From an uncultured Rikenella sp. (lineage in GTDB: Bacteria; Bacteroidota; Bacteroidia; Bacteroidales; VadinHA17), in NCBI GenBank assembly GCA_964537135.1, contig CAZHZC010000006.1:6669-70668 (forward strand): DNA of 64,000 nucleotides, in the 5' to 3' direction. Positions 55,988-63,409 of the stretch are shown here, piece after piece. Position 1 is the first letter of the stretch, and every line of letters starts with the position of its first letter. A program made the translations under genes and the position numbers. A model generated the notes under the pieces. The model ran no database searches. It was not told the DNA's origin and was given only the letters and a program-made list of their open reading frames with translations.

Positions 55988-57262
55988 ATGGGCTCTCCCG
56001 TGACGGAATGGACAGCCGGCAGGAGCGGACTGCCAACGGGCCATAGCTATGAGGAGATGAGAGAGTGGCAGGGCAGATGCCTGGATGAGACGCTGAGCTA
56101 TGCAGCACACAACACCAGGTTCTATAGTGAGAGGGTCAAGCCGGGGATGAGGCTCGATGAACTCCCTTTTACCTGTCCGGATGACCTGGCTGCAGACCCG
56201 CTGGCATTTCTGGCTATACCCCGCAGCAGCGTGGCAAGGGTGACAACCCTGGCAAACTCAGGCACTACACTCCTCAGGAAGAGCATATTCTTTTCCGGTG
56301 ACGACCTGCAACGGACCAGGGACTTTTTTGCTGCAGGCATGAGAAACCTGGTCACCAGAGGTGAGAGGGTTGCCATATTGATATCAAACCTCACTGAGAA
56401 CAGCCTCGGCTCACTCCTCCATGAGAGCCTCCTGCAGATAGGTGCCCTGCCCGGCCTAAAAGGAGTGATACGGTCGGCAGAGGAGGCGCTGGAGGCTGCC
56501 CGTGGCGCAGACTGTATCGTCGGCATGCCCGCCGAACTGCTCTATATGTGCCGCAGAGACCCATCACTGAGGCCGCGGACAGTACTGCTGGCAGCAGATA
56601 TCGTCCCGGAGGCGGTCAGGGAGGCAGTGAGGAGCGCCTGGAGGTGTGACCCCTACATACACTGGGGACACTCCGAGCTGGGATATGGCTGTGCTGTCGA
56701 CTGCTCATATCATGAGGGTCTGCACCTGCGTGATGCCGAGATGATCTTCGAGATCATTGATACCAATACCGGCAGGCCACTGCCACAGGGCAGCAGCGGT
56801 GAGATAGTTGTTACCACCCTCACCCGCAGGGCGATGCCCCTGATCCGTTATCGTACAGGACACTTTTCATCACTGTTAGCTGACCCGTGCGGCTGCGGTG
56901 GTGTGCTGCCGCGACTGGGGCGGATAGAGGGCAGAATGACCGACGCCGTGACCCTGCCGGGAGGAGAGACCATTGATATGCTTACGCTGGATGAGATACT
57001 CTTCTCAGACCCCGCCGTCAGAGGATTTGAAGCTGTATTGGAGCTGCGGGATCGGATGGGAGAACGGGATCGGATGGGAGAATGGGATCGAATGAGAGAA
57101 CGGGATCGGATAGCGGTATTGAAGCTGCTGATAGATGCTGACACAGATGTGGATATCAGCTCACTGGTGAAGAGAGTGCCGGAGGGGACCATGGTTGAGA
57201 GTCATCGGGGAGAGGCCGACCCGTTCGCCAGACGCAGAAAAAGAAGGATAGCAATTGTGTAG
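55988..57262 (+). CDS. PaaK/F390-synthetase-like adenylate-forming (AMP-dependent) ligase
   Basis: 424 aa. The start abuts the methyltransferase stop (0-nt gap), with AAGGAGG upstream. Has an NSGTTLLRKS P-loop-like motif and GEIVVTTL...PLIRYRTGH. An 18-bp repeat lies in the C-terminal subdomain. Confidence 0.7.
   Translation: MGSPVTEWTAGRSGLPTGHSYEEMREWQGRCLDETLSYAAHNTRFYSERVKPGMRLDELPFTCPDDLAADPLAFLAIPRSSVARVTTLANSGTTLLRKSIFFSGDDLQRTRDFFAAGMRNLVTRGERVAILISNLTENSLGSLLHESLLQIGALPGLKGVIRSAEEALEAARGADCIVGMPAELLYMCRRDPSLRPRTVLLAADIVPEAVREAVRSAWRCDPYIHWGHSELGYGCAVDCSYHEGLHLRDAEMIFEIIDTNTGRPLPQGSSGEIVVTTLTRRAMPLIRYRTGHFSSLLADPCGCGGVLPRLGRIEGRMTDAVTLPGGETIDMLTLDEILFSDPAVRGFEAVLELRDRMGERDRMGEWDRMRERDRIAVLKLLIDADTDVDISSLVKRVPEGTMVESHRGEADPFARRRKRRIAIV
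57048..57118. repeat. 18-bp in-frame tandem repeat, about 3.7 copies ((R)DRMGE hexapeptide)
   Basis: cgggatcggatgggagaa x2, then tgggatcgaatgagagaa, then cgggatcggatagcggta. Confidence 0.9.
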
Positions 57263-57268
57263 TAACAC

Positions 57269-58084
57269 TCAGACGGTTTTACCATCTTTCATGATACATA
57301 TCTTGCGGGCACAGTAGTGGAAAAGGTGGTAGCCAGAACCACACTCACTCACCAGAGGGAACAGCATCTCAGGCCTGGTTATCTGGGTGGCTCCAATAAC
57401 AGTTACCTTGTTACGGAACAGCACGTCGGGAATAATACTGCTGGAGGGGCCGGTAACAATAACCGTGGTACCGGGGGCGACAGCAGCCAGCAAACCATCT
57501 ATGGTGTTGTTGACAAGGGTCATGCCGGTGATGATGACAATCTCGGAGGAGGGAAGGATGGAGGCATATTCATCGGCCGGCACAAAATATTGCATCTGGT
57601 CAGATGAGAGAGTGTCAGGGTCAAGCTCAAGCACCTTCAGACGGCTGCCATAGCCTGAGAGCCGGTGTATGTACGACTGAAAAGCACCTACCAGGGTGAT
57701 CAGACCCCTCTTCTCCGGGTCGACCAGCTCAATGGGATCCATGTCAGGAATGATGGTGTAGGCGCCGTTTGCAAGGTGAGCAGATGAGATGGCATTCAAT
57801 ACGGCAATCCTCACCGAATCAATCATCGCGTTCTGCTTAGGAGTCTCAAAGAGTGAGGTGACACTGCTGCCAGCCACCTTTGTCGGACTGAACTCACCGT
57901 AGTCACGGCCCTTGCAGCTGGCATGCCTCTCTGTCTCAGGCAGGGTGCTGGCAACACCATGGGAGCCGTCAGAGAGTCTCACCGCCGTCAGACGTGCACC
58001 TATTACCAGCTTGTCTATCATGAGTCTCTTCAGGCGCTCACTCTGCATGCTCCTGACAAAATCGTATGTCTCTTTAATAATCAT
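57269..58084 (-). CDS. DUF4213/DUF364 Rossmann-like (putative metal-chelation) protein
   Basis: 271 aa. Recognised by overall pattern (VIGARLTAVRLSDGSHGVAST... N-domain; ITLVGAF...VIITGMTLVNNT... Rossmann half). Its stop is only 6 nt from the convergent ligase stop. Confidence 0.6.
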   Translation of the reverse strand: MIIKETYDFVRSMQSERLKRLMIDKLVIGARLTAVRLSDGSHGVASTLPETERHASCKGRDYGEFSPTKVAGSSVTSLFETPKQNAMIDSVRIAVLNAISSAHLANGAYTIIPDMDPIELVDPEKRGLITLVGAFQSYIHRLSGYGSRLKVLELDPDTLSSDQMQYFVPADEYASILPSSEIVIITGMTLVNNTIDGLLAAVAPGTTVIVTGPSSSIIPDVLFRNKVTVIGATQITRPEMLFPLVSECGSGYHLFHYCARKICIMKDGKTV

Positions 58085-58134
58085 CCCCCCGGGTTGTTAA
58101 ATAGTTACCTCCCGCTCCCTGACGGCAACAGGAA

Positions 58135-58908
58135 TTACTCCTCTGACTGCATCCTGTTTCTTACATCTATCAGCTTGGCAACAATGCTGATAGCAATCTC
58201 TGACGGAGTCACTGCATTGAATTTTATACCGATAGGCATATCTACCCTGTCTAGCTCCTCACCGGTGAGTATCTCCTCTTTCAGGAACCTCCTGCGGAGT
58301 GTCTCAATCTTCCTTTTACTGCCGATAAGCCCTATATATGCCGCCTCCCTCTTCCCTACCGCGGCAAGGATATCCTCATCCATCTCATGGTTGGGTGTTA
58401 CTATCACGATGTAGCTCTGCCGGTCAAAGGTGATCTCGCTGACAGCCTCCAGGTAGGGTCTCACCATGACTGAGTACTCATGAGCACCCGGTTCGTGAAG
58501 CAGCTCCTCACGCCAGTCGATCACACAGGTCTCAAAGTCGAGCCCTGAGGCATATTGTGCCAGTTGGGCACCGATGTGTCCGGCACCGAAGATGTAGAGC
58601 CTGGCACTTTTGCGCAATGGCTCGATATAGACGGTCACGCTGCCGCCACAGGTCATAGACAGGTCAGCACCCAGGTTGTACTCTCTCGAGACAGTGCCTC
58701 CCCTGCGTATCACCTCCAGCGCATCCTCAATAACCTGCTTCTCGATAGCACCACCCCCGACGGTGCCGTCAATGGTACCATCACTGAAGACTATCATCTT
58801 CGCGCCCGCCTTTCCGGGAACGGAGCCCCGTATGGCAGTTACTATACAGAGCGCTGAGAGACGCCTCTCTTCAAGGGCGTGTATCACTTTATTGTAAAAC
58901 TTGCTCAT
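58135..58908 (-). CDS. xdhC: XdhC/CoxI family molybdoenzyme maturation (Moco sulfuration/insertion) factor
   Basis: From ATG 58908: MSKFYNKVIHALEE...ALCIVTAIRGSVPGKAGAKMIV..DG...GTVGGG, then the Rossmann half LYIFGAGHIG. The track start at 58929 is GTG. Confidence 0.85.
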   Translation of the reverse strand: MSKFYNKVIHALEERRLSALCIVTAIRGSVPGKAGAKMIVFSDGTIDGTVGGGAIEKQVIEDALEVIRRGGTVSREYNLGADLSMTCGGSVTVYIEPLRKSARLYIFGAGHIGAQLAQYASGLDFETCVIDWREELLHEPGAHEYSVMVRPYLEAVSEITFDRQSYIVIVTPNHEMDEDILAAVGKREAAYIGLIGSKRKIETLRRRFLKEEILTGEELDRVDMPIGIKFNAVTPSEIAISIVAKLIDVRNRMQSEE

Positions 58909-59071
58909 TCTTAAACAGGTTGTGCTCACCGGAACCCTCCTGACACTGTCACAGAGCGGGAGCTGTTTCTTTATGCTAATGGCCGTAAAACTACCCTGAT
59001 TATTGTAATTAATGCATAACTAAAGTCATGGTTTGATATCGGGCAGTGGCCTGTGCAGAGCAGCACCCGAA

Positions 59072-59165
59072 AGCAGGTGCCGGCGGCTACCGGCGATGCA
59101 TGACTGTGACAGATAGCAGGTGCCGGCGGTTACCGGCGATGCATGACTGTGACAGATAGCAGGTA
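59072..59165. repeat. 43-bp direct tandem repeat, about 2.2 copies, in the spacer upstream of xdhC
   Basis: agcaggtgccggcggYtaccggcgatgcatgactgtgacagat at 59072..59114 and 59115..59157, with a partial third copy. One mismatch between the full copies. Confidence 0.92.
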
Positions 59166-59190
59166 CTCTCTGTAGCAGTCCGAACCTCTT

Positions 59191-62175
59191 TTACAGCCTG
59201 GCATCATAAACAGCCTGCAATATTCTGCCTCTCACTGACAGGTCTGACAGCAGGCTGTTTCTCCTGGTGGGATAGACCCTGTTGCTCAGGAAGAGGTATG
59301 AAATCTCCTCATCCGGGTCAACCCAGATAAAGGTGCCGGTGAATCCTGAATGGCCATAGCTGGAGGGTGAGGCCGACGGGCAGGGGTAGGCCTCATCAGC
59401 CGGTATGGTATCATTACCCAGCAGCGGCTTGTCAAAGCCGAGTGCCCTGCGGTTGTCATTCTCAGGGTACTGAACGGTAGTATATCTCTGCAACACCTCA
59501 CGGCTCAGTATCCTCACCCCGCCATACTCACCACCGCGACGGTACATCTCTATCACCTTCATCAGGTCGTTGCCTGAGGCAAACAGGCCTGCATGACCTG
59601 AGACACCTCCCAGCAGAGAGGTGGCCTCATCATGAACGGTACCCCTGATAAGCTGCTTACGGAATAGCGAGTCATACTCAGTAGGTACTATACGGGCACG
59701 CGGATACTTCTCAAGAGGCCGGTAGGTGATATTGAATGCTCCCAGGGGACGGTAGATATTGGCAGGTGCAAACTTGTCAATAGTACTGTCGGTCAGGCTC
59801 TCAATGATCTCTGCTGCCAGTATAAAGGTGAGGTCGGAATAGAGATATTTTTTAGGTCCGAGCGGACTGTCACGGATAGCCCTGAACATCTCCTTCAGAT
59901 AACTCCTGTTGATATACAATGAGTCACTCACCGGCAGGGCAAACCTGCGGTTGGCATAGTCCCTGTAGAGGCCACGCCGGTAGGTGCTGTCATTCTCCAT
60001 GGTGTTCTGCCAGAAAGGGAGGCCGGGACGAAGGCCCGCCTGGTGGGCCAGCATATCACGGAGCAGCATGTCACCCTTGTTTGAGAAACGATACCATGGG
60101 AGATAGTACCCCAGGGTCTTGTCAGGGTCAAACAGTCCGCGGTCATCAAGCACCATCAGTGAGGGGGTGGCTGAAGCCACCTTGGTGACAGAGGCCAGGT
60201 CCCAGAGATCATATTCGGTAACCGCTTCGGTACTGTCAAACAGGTGAAAGCCGTAACACTTGTTGAAAACCACCGTACCACGACGAGCTATTATGACATG
60301 GCAGCCGGGAAAGGCGAGGGTGTCAAGCGCCTCATTGACGATAGAGTCAACACGGCTGATCAGCTTCTCAGAGGATAGGCCGGCATTCTCAGGGTAGGCG
60401 TAGCGCAGACGCAGGCTGCCGGCTGTCTTTATACCGGTACCGGCAGGGTAGCTGTCACCCACAGTGACGGGAAGCCTGCCGGAGGCGCCGATGGCACCAA
60501 AGAGTACCTGTACGGCAATATCCTGAGTGAAGCTGTTGTCCTGATAGGCTACAAGCATGGCAGCCGGCTTCCGCGAGAGGTCAAGCCTGGCAAGACCATA
60601 GGGGCTGCCGAACCATATGACGGCAGAGTGCTCCAGGGCAGCTATCTCACTGAAGATGCGGGAGAGGGCAGGGGTGACACCATAACCGCCTGAGGGCTTC
60701 TGTGCCATGGCACCAAACCCGGCAATCACCAGATCGTAATCCTTAAGCTTAGACATGATAAAGCGTGCACCCACCTCATTGGAGGGGTCAATAAAATAGT
60801 GGTCAGCACTGGCATAGCGGTCTACCATCTTCTGAAAGCCGGTCATGGCCAGCCTGTTGACAGAGACAGTGGCTATCCTGATCAGGTCAGGACGGGCAAG
60901 AGGAATCAGGTTGGCACGGTTCTCTACCAGGGTCATGGCGCCGGCATAGAGCTCATGTATAAGCGCCGGCTGCCCCGGGCCTGCTGTGGAGCCGTCGGGC
61001 ACCCTGCCCTCCTGATCGCCGCCGCTGTTCATCGCATGCTGATCATTCTTCCCAGGCTGGCAGCTGGCGATCCACAGCTTGGCGGCCAGCACACGGCGTA
61101 CGCGGTCAGTAATCTGGCTGGCAGCCAGCTCACCACTCTCAACCCTGGAGGCTATCTCATCCAAAGCCTTCAGCGGGCTGACCGGGAACTCGATTACATC
61201 ATTGCCTGCAATAAGTGCATTGAAGTCGGCTACTCCCGGAGGAAAGGTCTTTGTGGCAGCAGCCATATTCATGGCATCGGTAATGATCAGTCCGCCATAC
61301 CCGGCCTCCTCCCTAAGCAGGCCGGTGACCACCTTGTGTGAGAAGGTGGATGGCAGCCCGCTCTCATCGAGGGCGGGCACGCTGATATGGCCTGTCATCA
61401 AAGCACCAACACCTTCATTGATGAGACGCATGAAAGGGAGCAGCTCAATATTGTCAAACCGCTGCCGGTCACCACTGATGACCGGTACACTCTTGTGCGA
61501 GTCGGTATCGGTATCACCATGGCCGGGGAAGTGCTTGGCACAGGCCAGGATGCCGTTGTCCTGCATACCCTTCATAAACATCGCTGCCTTGGCAGCAACC
61601 CTTACGGGATCCTCACCAAATGAGCGGTAGTTGATGACAGGGTTGAGCGGGTTGTTATTCACGTCAGCCACAGGGGCAAGGTTAATATTGACACCCACAT
61701 CATGGCACTGCCGGGCAATGGCTGCGCCCATACGATAGATCAGTGAGTCATCTTCAAGGGCACCCAGGGTGAGCTGCCAGGGAAAATTTTCTATGTCACT
61801 GAGCCGCATACCGGTACCCCATTCAGCATCTATGGCTATGATAAGAGGCAGCTTCGACACCTCCTTTATCCGGCGGGTATACTCACGCTGTAGCTCACTG
61901 CTGCCCTCAAAAAAGATGATACCGCCGATGCCATGCCGCGATACCAGCTCCTCAATGGAACGGTAGTTGCCACCCATGGCATCTGCATAGGCGGGTACCC
62001 AGATGAGCTGACCAATCATCTCCCTGAGAGTCATGGTATTAAGTATAGAGTCGATGGTCGGGTCAGTGAGATATCCCTGCCATGGCGGGTTTCCTTTGTC
62101 AGCTTTGACAGATGGTGTCGTCAGGATAAACAGCCCCAGAAGGAGAGCGAGGCGGGTTGATCGTTTTGTTATCAT
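59191..62175 (-). CDS. Bifunctional GH3 beta-N-acetylhexosaminidase (NagZ-like) / serine beta-lactamase-family hydrolase fusion
   Basis: 994 aa with a signal peptide, the GH3 motif KHFPGHGDTDTDSH, and a C-terminal class-C/PBP-like SxxK box (ASVTKV). Confidence 0.88.
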   Translation of the reverse strand: MITKRSTRLALLLGLFILTTPSVKADKGNPPWQGYLTDPTIDSILNTMTLREMIGQLIWVPAYADAMGGNYRSIEELVSRHGIGGIIFFEGSSELQREYTRRIKEVSKLPLIIAIDAEWGTGMRLSDIENFPWQLTLGALEDDSLIYRMGAAIARQCHDVGVNINLAPVADVNNNPLNPVINYRSFGEDPVRVAAKAAMFMKGMQDNGILACAKHFPGHGDTDTDSHKSVPVISGDRQRFDNIELLPFMRLINEGVGALMTGHISVPALDESGLPSTFSHKVVTGLLREEAGYGGLIITDAMNMAAATKTFPPGVADFNALIAGNDVIEFPVSPLKALDEIASRVESGELAASQITDRVRRVLAAKLWIASCQPGKNDQHAMNSGGDQEGRVPDGSTAGPGQPALIHELYAGAMTLVENRANLIPLARPDLIRIATVSVNRLAMTGFQKMVDRYASADHYFIDPSNEVGARFIMSKLKDYDLVIAGFGAMAQKPSGGYGVTPALSRIFSEIAALEHSAVIWFGSPYGLARLDLSRKPAAMLVAYQDNSFTQDIAVQVLFGAIGASGRLPVTVGDSYPAGTGIKTAGSLRLRYAYPENAGLSSEKLISRVDSIVNEALDTLAFPGCHVIIARRGTVVFNKCYGFHLFDSTEAVTEYDLWDLASVTKVASATPSLMVLDDRGLFDPDKTLGYYLPWYRFSNKGDMLLRDMLAHQAGLRPGLPFWQNTMENDSTYRRGLYRDYANRRFALPVSDSLYINRSYLKEMFRAIRDSPLGPKKYLYSDLTFILAAEIIESLTDSTIDKFAPANIYRPLGAFNITYRPLEKYPRARIVPTEYDSLFRKQLIRGTVHDEATSLLGGVSGHAGLFASGNDLMKVIEMYRRGGEYGGVRILSREVLQRYTTVQYPENDNRRALGFDKPLLGNDTIPADEAYPCPSASPSSYGHSGFTGTFIWVDPDEEISYLFLSNRVYPTRRNSLLSDLSVRGRILQAVYDARL

Positions 62176-62277
62176 ATTCCGGTGATTTGAACAGAGCCAA
62201 AAATAGTACTTTTCCTCAACTCTTTTTCCGGCTGGTTAGCTTCAAATTGTTATTTTTACGCGACCAACAGTTCAGAT

Positions 62278-63408
62278 ATGGCAGCAATTATCACCTCAGG
62301 CAAACCAGCCGGGAAGAGTGCCCGGCTATTGTCACTTGACATCTTCAGGGGTATGACCATAGTTTTTATGATCATAGTAAATACCCCCGGCTCATGGAGT
62401 CATGTATATGCTCCGCTACGGCATGCCAGCTGGCATGGCTGTACCCCCACTGACCTGGTCTTCCCCTCATTTCTCTTTATCTCGGGGGTGGCTATGTGGT
62501 ACTCATTGCGTAAGTACAACTTTGAGTTTTCCGGACCGTCACTCTGGCGTCTGTTGCGAAGGGTTGTACTGATCTTTGCAGCAGGCCTCTTCCTCAATAT
62601 CTTCCCCTACTTCGGACGTGACTACAGCACGCTGCGTATCCTGGGTGTGCTGCAGAGGATAGCACTGGCATGGGGGCTGGGCGCGCTCCTGGTGCTGCTG
62701 ATCAGGAGAAACTACATCTGGCTGACAACAGCCATACTGCTCTTCGGCTACTGGGCTCTGATGTTTTTCCTGGGAGGGGGTGATGACCCCTACTCGCTGG
62801 AGACCAACTTCGCCCGTACCGTCGATATCGCCGTGCTGGGTGAGAATCACCTCTACAAGGGATATGGTATTCCGTTTGACCCCGAAGGGTTACTGAGTAC
62901 CATTCCGGCTGCTGCTACCGTGCTGCTGGGCTTCATGGCGGGCGGACTGATCAGCAGCAGCGGCAAGAGCTGGAAGACACCGGGGTGGCTCACCGTGGCA
63001 GGTGTGGTACTGATAGGGGCCGGGCTCCTCTGGGGTCAGTACTTCCCGATAAACAAGCCTATCTGGTCAAGCTCATATGTGCTCTACACAGCGGGTATAT
63101 CGATGCTCGTACTGGCGGTGCTGTTTGTCATAATAGATATGTGGAACCTAAAGGGATGGACCGGATTCTTCAACACCTTTGGTACCAATGCCCTCTTCAC
63201 CTATGTGCTGGCAGGTATATGGACCAAGATCATGATTGCCGTCAAGATAGGCGATATCTCTCTCTATGGGTGGATTTTTAAAAACATCTGCAGTCCCCTC
63301 TTTGCCGAACAGAAGCTTGCCAGCCTGCTGTTTGCAATAATGCAGGTGATGATAATATGGGTATTCGGATATATATTGTACAGAAAAAAGATCTTTATCA
63401 AATTCTAA
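62278..63408 (+). CDS. HGSNAT-like acyltransferase membrane protein (DUF5009/DUF1624 family)
   Basis: 376 aa with about 10 TM helices. N-terminus RLLSLDIFRGMTIVFMIIVN...WHGCTPTDLVFPSFLFISG is typical of heparan-alpha-glucosaminide N-acetyltransferase-like proteins. Confidence 0.75.
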   Translation: MAAIITSGKPAGKSARLLSLDIFRGMTIVFMIIVNTPGSWSHVYAPLRHASWHGCTPTDLVFPSFLFISGVAMWYSLRKYNFEFSGPSLWRLLRRVVLIFAAGLFLNIFPYFGRDYSTLRILGVLQRIALAWGLGALLVLLIRRNYIWLTTAILLFGYWALMFFLGGGDDPYSLETNFARTVDIAVLGENHLYKGYGIPFDPEGLLSTIPAAATVLLGFMAGGLISSSGKSWKTPGWLTVAGVVLIGAGLLWGQYFPINKPIWSSSYVLYTAGISMLVLAVLFVIIDMWNLKGWTGFFNTFGTNALFTYVLAGIWTKIMIAVKIGDISLYGWIFKNICSPLFAEQKLASLLFAIMQVMIIWVFGYILYRKKIFIKF

Positions 63409-63409
63409 A

